A stretch of 64,000 bases of DNA from Felis catus (GCF_018350175.1 NC_058368.1:138882001-138946000), one strand, 5' to 3'. Shown: positions 48,420 through 61,546, counted from the first letter of the stretch. Program-made: numbers and translations. The notes: generated from the letters alone by a model not told the origin.

Positions 48420-50879
48420 AAAAATGACAATGAGCTGCCACTACACATGTATTAGAATGACCAAAATGCAGAACACTGACAACACCAAACGCTGCTGAGG
48501 GTGTGGAGCCACAGGAACTCTCGTTCATCGCTGGTGGGAATGCAAAATGGTAGAGCCACCCTGGCACACCATTTGGCAGTTTCTTACAAAACTAAAAATT
48601 CTCTTATCCTATGATGCAGCAATCACGATCTTTGGTTTCTATACAAAGGAATCAAAAGCTTATGGCTGCGCGGAAAACTGGCATAGACATTTGTGGCGGT
48701 TTGGTTCATAATTGTCAAAACTTGGAAGCAACTAAGCTCTCCTTTGGGGGGTGAAGAGATAAATAAACAGCAGTATAAACGGACAATGGAATATTATTCA
48801 GTGATAAAAAGAAATGAGCTACCTGGCCATGGAAAGATACGTAAAGGAAACTTAAATGCCTATTACCAGGTGAAAGAGGGCAATCTGAAAATGCTGCAAA
48901 CAATATGACCCCAACCGGAATCATTCTGGAAAAGGAAAAACAAAACAAAACAAAGCCTTGGAGACAGTAAAGAGATGAACGGTTGCCAGGAGTTAATGGA
49001 AAGGGGGGTGAGTAGGCAGAGCACAAAGGACATTTAGGGCAGTGAAAATACTTTGTATGGTACCAGAGTGGGGGACACATACATTTGTCCAAACCCATAG
49101 AATGTACAACTCTAAGGATGAACCCTAAAGGCTTCCATTACTCCTGTGGCCATCCTTGGACCCAAGAGTTCACAGGACCTGAACCAAGAGGTACCATTCA
49201 GTGTTGGGGACATGAAGTATTTGCTGCCCTGGGAGAATGGGAAGCTAGCCTCCACTAGTACTCCAAAGAAAGTCTGTCATCATCTTCTGTCCTTGGTTTA
49301 TTCTTCATGGAAACCAACCACGAAAGACCTCAGTTCACTGTGGCAATGGATTTGGTGGTCCACAAGTTTTGGGAAAGGCTACACTGTGATCACCTAACTC
49401 TAGCACCCCAGTTATCTGTAAGAATTTTCTCAGGGACCTGTACTGAGGAGAGAGGGCCTTGAGCATTCCTTGCCCTCCCAGCACAGAAGGCTTAAGTTAA
49501 AATCCTTGGAAACTTTCACACAACCAATCAAGTTCTTTTGAAGCCCATACTGTGTGTCTAACATGGGCTAGGTACTAGGAGAGAAGGGGCATTTCCCAAA
49601 AATGTGTAAGACATGGTCCCCAACCTCAAATACATTGGGTGTTACAAACCAAATACATATCATTTTATGAAACAGGTGATGGGGGAAGAGGAAGGGAAGG
49701 AGAGAGAGGGGGAGGGAGGAGAGAGAGAGAGAAACCATTATGTCAGAGGTTCTTCATAGTCTAAGTGCAGAGTATTTTGTAAAGGCCTGTGTAGCTACTT
49801 AAGCTGAAGGTTCGTAGAGTATAAAAACTCTTCCAGGAAAAAGTGGGGCTTAAGCCAGATTTATTTTTGTGTCCCTGTAACCACCGTTCTCCTCAAAATA
49901 TACTTTCTTCTACCCACCTCCATATTAATCCAGTAGAATCTACCTCTCAAATATTGTCTTAGCAACCTGCTTCCTGATTAACGCTAACAAGCCAAACAGG
50001 CCAGCATGAATAGTGAGGCTGAGACTCAGACCTCTGGCTCTGGGCTGTTTTTATACCACCACAGAGTTTCAAGGTCAAAAGGGACTGTAGCTCTCACCTA
50101 GTCCAAACTCTCTTCCGCTGCTTAGGAAAGAGACATCTGAAGACACGTTCTCCAAACTTCCTAGCATGGTAAACCCAGTAGCTGTGGAAGCCCAGCCAAT
50201 AAAATCAGCCTTGTGCCCATGAAGAAGCAGGAGATGTTAGGATACAAAGCACACCTGAACAATCTCACTGGCATGAGCAGAAGACAATCACCTCAAAGAT
50301 TCAAGCCGCCATAGCTCCAAGTTTTGTAACAGGGGGCCACATAGTGAATTACCCCTTCAACCAACCTTCAAGGGTCACCAGACCAGCCATATTGCAGTCA
50401 TCAAGGCTGAATTTCCAAGTCAGTTTGGAGTTGAGGTAGTTCATACCCAAACTAGCTCCAGCCCAACCAAGAAATCCTTGAGGGTAAGGATTGAGCCTCA
50501 TTCATTTGTGCATCTCGAGGCCTGGTACGATGCCTCACGCTCCGTGGACGGCTCAGCGTGGTTTTGCTGAATCGAACTGAAATGCCCACATTCAATTATT
50601 ATACTGAATAATACAGAATGAGTTATCATGAGTGAGAGCAATATCCGGTACAGAAAACGTGACCATAGCTGGAAAGGAATGATGAGTAAACCAGCTGCCC
50701 ACCTCAACTCCCCAGCCACCTTGGGAATCCCTCGGTCCCGAGACAAATAGCCATTCATAAATACAATGAGATAAAGATACTGATTCCATCTGGAAATAAT
50801 GTTATCATAATATTAACATAGAATAATCGTAATATTAGAACAATTAAGTTACGATCACAAAGTATAGAAATGGGATTTG

Positions 50880-52325
50880 GTTTTTTTGGAATAAGTAGAA
50901 ATGGAGCTGGGTTTCAAAGAATGGGTGAGATGTTGTATCAATATTTAGAGAGGGTGAAAAGGGGAGGAAATGTGAGAAGATCCTGTCCCAAGGGTAGGAA
51001 GAGAACAAGGACAGAGTGATGTCACGGCGGCCAAGAGGAGGTAGGGCTTCAGAGAGGGAATTGAAAGAGTTTTGATGGCAACAGATGCAGTAACATTGAT
51101 AAGGGCCGAACTTCCCATTGAATTTAGCCAACAGGAGGCCAGAGTTGACTTTAGCAGGAGTCGTATGAATAGCTAGGACAGCAGCCAGACTGCAGTGGCC
51201 AGAACAGCAATGATATGCAGAGGCCCCAAGAGAAGACCTGCTCTTAGGTCACTTAGTGAAAATAGCCCGAGTGCGTGCAGAGCAGAATTAAGGAGGGTTC
51301 TGTACCACAAGAGAACCTTGAACTTCTGCAGAGGGGACGTGGCAGGAGCAACGTCTTGCACTGGGGATGCAAGAGAAAGAGAAACAGTGTGGAGGGAGAG
51401 GGGTTTGCCTGAGGAAGAGGAAAGAACATACACACATTCTCTCATCTTGTAGAGGAAAATAAAATACCCTCGGGTAGGCATTCATAACCGGCTTATTCGC
51501 CGAACCTTTGTGAAGCACCTGTTATGTGCTAGGCGGTACCGCTTTGCTTTTGCCGCATGACAGTTCACCCCCAAACAGAAAGCACATCTTACTTCTCATG
51601 AGATTCACGGCCAGGGAAAAATCAGGGATTTTGATGAAAGAATGAGTGAGTACTGCTACAAAGGTAAGAGTGGCCGTTTCTGCTTGGGGAGCTCCGGGAA
51701 GGTTCTGCAAAAAGAAGCATTTGATGGAGGTCGCAGACCTCAGATCTGGGGTATGAGCTCATCGGGCAAAGAAGGAAAGGGGGTGGCACGTTTGAAGAAA
51801 CACAACAGCAGGCAAAGTGCAGAGCGATGGAAACCACAGGGGGAGTCTGGGTAACCGTCCAGGAACATGGGAGGAGGACGCAGGGTCGCAGAGGACACAG
51901 GAGAAGTTGGAAAAGTCCCATCTTGAGGGATGGTAAGGAATGCCAGGGTCATCTTTGCTGAACGAAGGGACAGATGGTGGAGAAGAGGCAACATTTTTGA
52001 GAACCGTTTTGAAGTTGATTGACATTTGGATGCAGAAAGTCAGTGGGGGGGGGGTGCGGGGGGACAAATCCCAGGTTTCGTTCCGTGTTAGTAGACGGAC
52101 AGTAGGGCTGTTCGTCAGGAGAGAGATACAGGAAGAGGCGAACCGGAATAGCAGTGAATTTGTGGTGTCTCTGGGACATCCTAGAATGGCTGTTCACTGG
52201 CTGGTTGTAGAGATTGGTTGGGAGTCCAGAAAAGAAAGTTCTGGGCTGAGAATTTGATTTGCAAGCTGTCGTCCGTAGGTAGTGCTTTAGGGCTATTCGA
52301 AAGAACGGAGATCTTAATCATGGAT
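50880..52325. mobile_element. Degenerate L2 fragments
   Basis: Purine-rich L2-like motifs (cccattgaatttagc, tgtgctaggc, gattgacatttggatg, tctgggctgag). Confidence 0.5.
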
Positions 52326-53661
52326 CATCCCAGCTGGCCAAAAAAAAAAAAGAAGAAGAAGAAGAGGAAGAAAGTAATTTCTTCTTTAAAAAACGAACAA
52401 TCATTTTCAAATTCATTCTCTCCCAACAAAGGAATTAGCCAAGGGTCTGTTTCGAGACCAAACAAAAAGGGGGAAGGGATCATCTTTCTACATGAACGCA
52501 ATGGGTAATTCACGAGGCTCTGAAAAATACAGCTGCAGCTTTGCCAATAATTTCCTGTGCCTGTGTAAACAGTGCCATGTTCTCTGAAGCTTTCTCCTTC
52601 TTCAAAAAGGTAAACTTTGCTTTGCCAATAATAGAGGCAGAACAATGTACTCAGTCTCCAAGTTCTTTTAGAAGAGTCTTCAGATATTAAACGCTGTCGT
52701 CCTTTGGTAACTTCTTCACTGGAGAGCTGGATTAGGAACACGTTAAGTACAAGTGGCCAGATACGGTTAGCTGTCATTACTGCGTAGCCGGTTAAGAGTG
52801 AGAAAAGGGGGAGGAAGATGATGCCCCGCAGCAGATTCTCCCCCATCCCACCCCCAAGCATATCCCTGCCTTGTAGCAACCGTTTGCTACTGTTGAGGAA
52901 TATTTCGCCACTCCCCCAGAAAAGAAAAACAGAAGCAGTTAAGTTTGCCATCCAGTCCGTTTGGGGGACCCTGGACACTAAATCCTCTCTTAGAAAATCG
53001 CAGGAGTGGAGAAACTTGTTGAGGTAAGGGGGTGCTTCCCCAAGGAAACTTCATTTCGCAGAGCTCTAATTAGGATCTTAGGGTCTTAGCCAACACCTAA
53101 ACGCATTTTGGGAAACACCGTCTCTGGGGCGTTCAGCCCCTGGCTCTGCAGAATCACCTGGGCTTCCCTCCTGGCATTTCTGTCAGGGCTGACTTGGGTC
53201 TGTAAAACCAGGCGGCACATTTTCCCATCTCCACAGACCTGGGGACAGGATCTCAGCTCTGGGCAGTCTCTCCCAATTTAAATTCTGAATTTGAGTGGTC
53301 AGAACAGCTGCCTCCCCTCCCCCAAACCTGCTGGGCTCTGGGAGGGATTCCTATTGAAGAGGAAATCCACCATTTCCTGCCCTAGCAGCGCCTCTGCTCA
53401 AGTGGGCCTTTGACCTGCTGAATTGGGGGTCTGTCTCTGGGATTTTTCCAGGACACAGGGAAAAACGCCTCTTAGAAAAGTCTCTTTGTCCTTAAGCAGC
53501 GCACCTCTAGGGGAAAATAAAAAATGACCACAGTCAGATTTTTGTAGCCTTATTTTCCATTTTATTCCATATATCGAGTCAATGAGAAGCGCTCTTAAAA
53601 AAAAAAAAAAAAAAAAAAAAAAGGCAAAATCCAGCTCAGGAAAAGTAAAAATGTTTATGAC

Positions 53662-53709
<48 letters not shown>

Positions 53710-54472
53710 TATTATATCCTCTTCCACATCAGGAAATGCAACATCTGCGTGTGCTCTTAAGGGTTCTCTTTTTATTTCCTCATCGCCACGGATTTTCATT
53801 TCTGGCTAAAATGTCAGACACTATAAACTTGCACGTACCTCTGAACTAACTTTGTGTAAGATGAGACCAGGGGAGCTGAGGGGAAGTGCTTTTTAAAAAC
53901 GGAAAGGTGGGAGGAATTGAGAAGGGGATGTAGACTAGTATCAAAGTTTAGCCATGACAAATAAACACGGAGATAAATAAGCAAATATGTCAAGGCTCTG
54001 ACTTCCTGAGAAGATTCCAGGTGCTGGGGAAGGTCGTGGGAAGAGAGAAATGCAGCGGATCAGTGAATGAGGGTGGGGGGTAGAGGGGGGGCACCTGCAA
54101 ATACTTGTATGGAGTTCTGACATTTCATCTCACTTACATCGTGCAAAATCATTAGACGGCAACATTTGCTTGCATCATTTCCTCATGTGCAGAGTGGAGA
54201 CTGGGGAATCATCTCTCGTCTTTCTTCTTGGGTCTTTGACTTCTTCCTTCAACCCACACTACATCCTTGGCTCTGTGCTCGGGCCCGGATGCTACCTTCC
54301 AGGCTCACCTAGACATCCCAAGCCATTGGAGGCCCCAGTGGAGGAGGGAAGGTTGGCCGAGACACTCAGCTTAGGAAGACCTTTCTCAAGGCACATGCAA
54401 GTATGTAGGATTTATATTGATGGCACTCAGCTTCAAGTCATCAACAAGGTGGATTAGATACAAAGAAATCTA

Positions 54473-54692
54473 GGGGCGCCTGGGTGGCGCAGTCGGTTAA
54501 GCGTCCGACTTCAGCCAGCTCACGATCTCGCGGTCCGTGAGTTCGAGCCCCGCGTCGGGCTCTGGGCTGATGGCTCAGAGCCTGGAGCCTGTTTTCGATT
54601 CTGTGTCTCCCTCTCTCTCTGCCCCTCCCCCATTCATGCTCTGTCTCTCTCTGTCCCAAAAATAAATAAAAAACGTTGAAAAAAAATTTTAA
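54473..54692 (+). mobile_element. Young SINEC_Fc
   Basis: TSD atacaaagaaatctag. Confidence 0.95.
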
Positions 54693-54769
54693 ATACAAAG
54701 AAATCTAGAGGGAAGCGGCTGCTGGTTTTGGTTTTGTGTCTTGACAAAATCTGTTTGATGTCTGCAATG

Positions 54770-55075
54770 TTTATAGACTTCCTCTTATGGTCGTAAAATG
54801 ATCGCCTCTACTGTAGACATCGCGTCTGCATTCAGTCTTCCTTTTTGGGTCTAAGAAAGAGACGGCGGTAGGTCTGATATATCTTTCCCTTTTACCAGGA
54901 AAGCAATATTTCCCAGAAGCCCCCAACAAGTTTTGACTTATAATTCATTGGCCAAATCCATGTGACATAGACATTCCTAGCTTCAAGGGCGCTGGAAAAG
55001 AGGGTGTTAAGATTTCCCAACCTCCAAAGTGGGCCACAAGAAGACCGAGTAGGTCTATTGACTTAGCCAATTATC
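54770..55075. mobile_element. MLT1J/K-like MaLR LTR fragment
   Basis: ttcccagaagccccca...tcattggcca...tgtgacat...cctagcttcaaggg. Confidence 0.55.
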
Positions 55076-57543
55076 CATTAATTTTATTATTGCTGGATGT
55101 TCCTTCCGAAAATTCGATCAAGGGGCCCATCATGAAACTAGTAAGACCACATTCGGCACATCACTTCACATGACCACTGGTAGTTGAGCTGTGGTATGAG
55201 TGAGCTAATAACTTTATTCCCATTTAAAATAAAAGCTTTTAAAGTGGTTTAATTTTTTTCAGGACCACTCATGTCTTCCCAAAACCCTCAAGTGTCTTTG
55301 GTTTACATCAAAGTCCTATCTAATTTTCTCCCAAGAGGAAACCCACCACAATAGTAAAGTTGTATATTTCCACAGGGATTTTCCCTAAACTGTTAATGAG
55401 TTGTGACTTCCTTATATGTACATGCAGACGAGACTGGTGCACTCCAAGCAGGTAGACAGAATTTGAACCAGATGGTTCAAGGAAAGGAAACTGGATTAGC
55501 AGATCATTTCAAACACCTCCATGTGTTGACTGAAATCCATAAGGGGAATGACAAAACATGTACCTTATTTTCTCAACAAACTGTGCACCATATTGAATGT
55601 TAAACATTATATTGAGGGAGGTGTCGAGCAAGCTCTGCTTTTTCTTTCCTTGTCACTAGCACCATAAGCCTCGTTTTGCCTAATTAATGTATACAGAGGG
55701 AAAAAAGCAAGCAAGCAAGAAACACGGGGCTGCTTCGTAAACTCATACCACCGAGAGACCCCATGGTAATCCTCTAGCAATGGCATTTGACTAAATTGGA
55801 GGTGGCAAGGGTGTGTCTAATTTCCATGAGTTCCTGTATGGAAAGCAAATCCCATTTTGCCTGATTTTCCAGTTTAAACAATAAACAGTAAGAGTCTCTC
55901 ATCCCCACCCTTAAACCAACTTCATTGAAACTAGGGCTGATGCAAATTAAGGCACTTCCCAGTACTCAGGCCCCCAAGCCCCTACCCCCAGTTTAATTAA
56001 AGCCTAATTTGGTTGAGGAGTAAACTGGTATTTACAAATCAGGAGAAAATCTGGTTCCAGTAATTAAAGGGATTTTCTAAATCTTGTCCTCCGTGTTAGA
56101 ACACCCGTTTTAATAGTTAATTAAAGACTCCTTAACCATCCTTTGAAGGAAATTTGAAAAAGAAAGATTAGGGACCTGCCACAAAGACATTTCTGACAAT
56201 AGGGACTGAAATTCTTTTGTTAGGCCCTTTAGGGAAAACTAAGGTCTTCATTTACCTAAAACACTTTGGGTATGCAAACTTTTTTTTTTCTTTTAAGAAA
56301 AGGAGATACTTATTTGCCTTTGCAAATAAGTATAATTTGTGGGTAGCCTTGCAAATTTTACAGCTGTTCCACAAATCTAAGCCAGCTTGCAATCACCGGC
56401 ATACCGCCGCCATTACAGTTAAGGTGGATTGGGGGCACGGCCATCTTGTTCTTTTGGTCTCTCAGGCTACAGCTGGTATGTCAAAATATCCAACTCCTGA
56501 GGCCAGGGGGCTCCCCAGGCACAAGGAAGAGAAACATTCCTTCTTGGAGATTCCACGCCCTTCTCAGATTCGAAATGGGTTTAAACCATTTAAATTGACC
56601 AATTGGCCAACATTTAACCAGCCTTGTGCTAGGTGCTAGGAGGAATACAGTTGAATACAGTTGAAAACAGTTGAATACAGTCATGGCTGCTCAGGGACTT
56701 GACTGTAATTCAGAAGACAAACACTTGTCCAGATATTGCTAATGGGAGACACAGAAGATACGCGGGAGGTACAAAGGACACCATGAGAATGGGAGAAGGG
56801 AGAGAGACTGCATGAGCAGCCCTTCTGAAGGTGTGAGTCTAGCTCTTTCTTAATAGGTAGCGAGAAGCAGATGTCTGGAAAATAACAGTGCCTAACAAAG
56901 AGAACAAGGACACGGAGGCAGGAAAGGGCAATGCACATTCCAGAAAGAGCCTGGAGATCCCTGGGGCTGGAGTTCAGGGTTCTTAGGGCCTGGGGCTGGG
57001 AACAGGAAAAGAAAGCGTGAGGTCAGCAAAGACCATATTGTGGAGAAGCTTCCTGCCTGGTCAAGATATTTGTTCCATTCCATGGAGAAAAAGGTTTTGT
57101 GGGCATGGAAGTAACTGGTTAGGGGACAAAGAGAGACTTGTAAGAGACCAGTTCAGGTGTTACTGCCAAACGCTGTGGTCACAGCACCCAAAAGTGTGCT
57201 CTAAGGCAAGAGGCCTACAAAGCAACACTTACACCCCTAGGGACCCACAGACTTTCCAGGGGGTATAGATGCTAAATAAACCATCTGAAGGGAATCAGTT
57301 TCTAGATCTTCATCTCCTCTATGTCCTCTATGCTTTTTTTTTTTTTTTTTTTTTTGGTGTCCTATATGTTCTATGCGTCCTTTTCTGAAACTGTCTGATA
57401 GCCCAAATCACACTTGAAAAAGAAAGACATACCTTTCTCTTAAGCCAGATCTTTTATGGTGAGCTAATCATTCATCAAGTCACCTTAAACATAGGGGCTT
57501 CCTGTCTTGTCATCTCAGTTCCTTCTGTTAAGAATGAAACGTG

Positions 57544-58173
57544 TGGGAATGCAAGCTGGTGCAGCCACTCTGGAAAACAGTATGGAGGTTCCTCAAGAAA
57601 CTAAAAATAGAACTACCCTACAACCCAGCAATTGCACTACTAGGCATTTATCCAAGGGATACAGGTGTGCGGTTTCAAAGGGACACATGCAGCCCCATGT
57701 TTATAGCAGCACTATCAACAATCGCCAAAGTATGGAAAGAGCCCAAATGTCCATCGGTGGATGGATAAAGAAGATGTGGTACGTATATACAATGGAGTAT
57801 TACTCGGCAATCAAAAAGAATGAAATCTTGCCATTTGCAACTACGTGGATGGAACTGGAGGGTATGATGCTAAGTGAAATTAGTCAGAGACAAAAATCAT
57901 ATGACTTCACTCATATGAGGACTTTAAGAGGCAAAACAGATGAACATAAGGGAAGGGAAAAATAATGTAAAAACAGGGAGGGGGACAAAACAGAAGAGAC
58001 TCATAAATATGGAGAACAAACTGAGGGTTACTGGAGGGGTTGTGGGAGGTGGGATGGGCTAAATGAGTAAGGGGCATTAAGGAATCTACTCCTGAAATCA
58101 TTGTTGCACTATATGCTAACTATTTTGGATGTAAATTTTAAAAAACAAAAAATTAAATAAAAAAAAAAAAAAC
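57544..58173 (+). mobile_element. 5'-truncated felid/carnivore L1 (ORF2 C-terminus, 3' UTR, poly(A))
   Basis: Translation WECKLVQPLWKTVWRFLKKLKIELPYNPAIALLGIYP...PMFIAALSTIAKVWKEPKCPS, then a frameshift into WIKKMWYVYTMEYYSAIKKNEILPFATTWMELEGMMLSEISQ. A tail. agaatgaaa repeated at 57531-57539 and 58174-58182. Confidence 0.93.
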
Positions 58174-58483
58174 AGAATGAAATTTGACCTGTGTGGGAGG
58201 CTCTGACTTCAGAATAATCAATGCAGTATAGAGTAATGACATTGATCACTCAAATGTTTTTGGAATGTTTCCTAGAATTATCAACTTTTTAAAGATGAAA
58301 CCCACAAGCAGGGATTCTTTTCAAATTCTTTCTGATTCAAGCAGCATTTCAGGAAGTCACCTAAAATCTATTTTCTCAAACCTGTCATAAAATATTTCTT
58401 TTAATTACAGTCAGTTCTCATCTTATTTCAAATTATAACATATTTAATGTTTTCTACCTCCTGGTTACAAAGAGTGTACTTCT

Positions 58484-58698
58484 TTTTTTTTTTTTTTCAC
58501 CTTTTTTTTTTAACCTTTTTTTATTTACTTTTTTGAGACAAGGAGAGACAGAGCATGAACAGGGGAGGGTCAGAGAGAGGGAGACACAGAATCTGAAACA
58601 GGCTCCAGGCTCTGAGCTGTCAGCACAGAGCCCGACGCAGGGCTCGAACTCACGGGCCGCGAGATCATGACCTGAGCCGACGTCGGCCGCTTAACCGA
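58484..58698 (-). mobile_element. SINEC_Fc, probably nested in the tail of the next SINE
   Basis: Reverse-complement consensus body. Confidence 0.92.
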
Positions 58699-58699
58699 C

Positions 58700-58943
58700 T
58701 GAGCCACCCAGGCGCCCCTTTACTTTTTTTTTTAAGTTTATTTATTTATTTTGAGAGTGAGAGAGAAATCGGGGGAGGGGCAGAGAGGGAGAGAGAATCC
58801 CAAGCAGGCTCCGCAATGTCAGCATAGAGCCTGACGCAAGGCTTGATCCCAAAAACCGGCTCGATCCCACAAACCATGAGATCACAACATGAACCAAAAC
58901 CAAGCGTTGGATGCTTAACCAACTGAGCCATCCAGGCTGCCCC
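58700..58943 (-). mobile_element. Can-SINE
   Basis: Reverse-complement body. Outer repeat aagagtgtacttct/aagaatgtacttct encloses both SINEs. Confidence 0.88.
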
Positions 58944-59543
58944 AAGAATGTACTTCTGTAAATCCAGGATGAAAATTTTAGATGTTAACTCTACCAGAGA
59001 GTACGTAGTTTTTGAAAAATCGTTTGGGAGCGCCCAGGCAAACAAATGAGTTTTTAGAAAACCCCGTTTCTTTGGGATGTCATCCTGAGTTGGGAAGGCA
59101 GACAAAGTCGAGGGGAGGTGGGTTTCTGTGGTAAAGTTAAGTTTCAGAAATGCTGAGTTGAGATGGAGCAGGCCTCAGCTACTTTTAATATGCAAATGGT
59201 GTTAAGATTCTCTGCGGAGCTGTAGTACTCAGTTTCTCCTAAGTATTGGCCAGAGGAGAGGTGCAGTGCCACGGGGTAACCTGAGAGCACTTCAAACCTC
59301 CCCCTCGATAATCTCCATCACTACAACCTCCCTTAGCCACCACCCCTAAAATGTAAACTGAGTAAAAACAGTATCAGTGCTGTAAACTTGAGCTTCGGGT
59401 AATGTTCTGGAGCCTGTCCAGATGCGCCCCTGCTAGCAATTTGGGCATAAGTGGCAAACAAAATGTTCTCTGAGAATAAGCAAATGTGAAGCACATGTGA
59501 AGAAAATGAAAGACCCCCCCCCCCAAGACACTATGGATTTCTC

Positions 59544-59694
59544 TTTTTTTTTAATGTTTATTTATTTATTTTGAGAGAGAGAGAATGAGTGGCAGAGAAT
59601 CCCAAGCAGGCTCTGTGACGCGGGGTTCGATCCCATGAACCATGAGCCGAAATCAAGAGTCGGACGCTCAACCAACTGAGCCACCCAGGCGCCC
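59544..59694 (-). mobile_element. Internally deleted Can-SINE
   Basis: gagccgaaatcaagagtcggacgctcaaccaactgagccacccaggcgccc. Confidence 0.85.
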
Positions 59695-60882
59695 TCCCCC
59701 CACTCTGTGTCTCCCTTATAATACCCAGATGTGCCAAGTGGATATTTTTCCTATTGAATTATCCGGAAATTTGCTTCAGTTCTTAACATCCTTTTGTGGG
59801 CATTCGTTCAACCTCTGTTCATAGAATATTTAGATCATTTTTGGTTTGGGCCTTATGGGTGACATACTCTTCATACCACAAAGTGTGTAGATAAAAGCCA
59901 GTTAGCTAGAGGCATGGACCAGAAGAGACAAACCCCATGATAACACATTCCTTCATGTATCGTCAGTTTATACTATAGATCAGATCCTATCACTTACATC
60001 TATTTCACGTGGTATGGATTTCCAACATAGTCCAGAATTCTTGCAAGTCCTGTCTTTGCCCCTCTTGAACAAGATTCTAAAAGTGTACTTTGTTGTCCGC
60101 TCAATGCCCCCTATCACCTCCAAGTTAATTTAATGCTCTGAATATAAAGATGTCTTTCCAATTCCTAAATTAATAAAATTTCTTGTTTGATATCAATTTA
60201 GCGAGATGACCTATTGATTGACCGAACGAATCTCTGCCTTTTCAACGGAGTATTCGCCTTTGGGTCTGATAATGACATATGTCATTGTGCAAAACAGAAA
60301 GGCCATCTGGCAGGAGCTGCTCTGCTAGATAAGGAAGAATGTCAGTATTCCTACAGCAGTGATGCTCAATACTGAACTATGATGAATGCTGTAAAAATGA
60401 ATGGTTCCCCCAACGAAAACTCTCCTTCAGACGCGAGCTTCGTATCTCCCTTTGCACATCTGTGCTGTCTCTGCGTGATGACGAGTGATTCTGACATAGC
60501 CTTCCCTTGCCTCAGCGTCCCAAAGAGCACCATAAAGGATTTGGGTAATTCTCTGCTGCAGAGTAAGCAACATGTAATTTCCAAAATGAAATGGAAGCTC
60601 CTTTTCAAAAGACAGTGTGATTGCCTAGGAACTTTCTTTTCTTATAACACATCATTACGTTATTTTGTAAATACATATTTTCCAAGCCATCTGTTTTGTC
60701 TGCTTCACCGCGAGCTGCTCAAGGACGAGGCTGTGTGGGCCTTATTAACTTCATACCCTGAACAGCCAACACAGAGAATGACCCAAAGTGGACGCTCCAT
60801 GAGTATTTGTTAAATGATTGAATGGAAAAGGGAAGGAAGGAATTATGAAGGGAGGAAGGAACTCAAGATTGGAGGGTCTATC

Positions 60883-61099
60883 TTTTTATTTTAAGTTTAT
60901 TTATTTATTTTGAGAGAGGGGAGAGCAAGGGAGGGGCAGAGAGAGAGAGAGAGAGCGAGGGAGAGAAACAGAATCCCAAGCAGGTTCCACACTGCCAGCA
61001 TGAAGCCCAGCCCAAGGCTCAAACTCACAAACGGTGAGATCATGACCTGAGCCGAAATCAAGATTCAGCTGCTTAACTGACTGAGCCACACAGGCGCCT
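60883..61099 (-). mobile_element. Can-SINE
   Basis: Reverse-complement body with (GA)n. Confidence 0.9.
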
Positions 61100-61496
61100 C
61101 TGAGTCTCTTTCTTCTTCTGGATGAAGCAGTCTGATAAATCTAAGAACCATGTATTATCGTGACCTGTCCGCACCACAGTGTGACAGGCAACAACTGACA
61201 TTTCTGGGTCTTAGAAATTTGTTCTGCCCCATATTCTCTGAGCAGTCGGACTAAAATTTGTAGCCCATTCAATACCGAGCTCTCCTAAGCTTAGTTGCAC
61301 CTTTTGTACTTTGATATTTAACCTCACGTTTTCCCCAAACACTATTGTATCTCTGATGATGATGATCCTTCCTTAAGTCTGCATTTCTCCCCAACTCATC
61401 GTCTCGGTCACTTTTAACACACACCGATGTTTTCTGTCTTTACTGCCTGTATGTGCTATACGTTCTACTTTAGAACAAAATATGTCTTTTTTCTTT

Positions 61497-61499
<3 letters not shown>

Positions 61500-61544
<45 letters not shown>
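61500..61544. repeat. Poly(T) run of about 45 nt
   Basis: Seen directly. Confidence 0.9.

Positions 61545-61546
<2 letters not shown>

Larger units (their letters stand above)
47425..49128 (+). mobile_element. Old L1 (L1MB/MC-like) ORF2 end and 3' UTR, interrupted by two SINEs
   Basis: aaaatcaactcaaaatggatcatagac, agacaagccacagactgggagaa, aacagacacctcaccaaagaa, ctggtgggaatgcaaaatggta, atggaatattattcag and tttgtccaaacccatagaatgtacaac. Confidence 0.88.

Noticed and set aside
50430..50460. tgaggtag let-7-like seed
   Set aside because: The following sequence does not match let-7 and there is no convincing pre-miRNA hairpin.
60271..60286. 16-bp perfect palindrome aatgacatatgtcatt
   Set aside because: About one such palindrome is expected by chance in 64 kb (64000/4^8).
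2146..61099. tRNA genes suggested by A/B boxes
   Set aside because: All A/B boxes lie in tRNA-derived SINE heads. No cloverleaf tRNA was seen.
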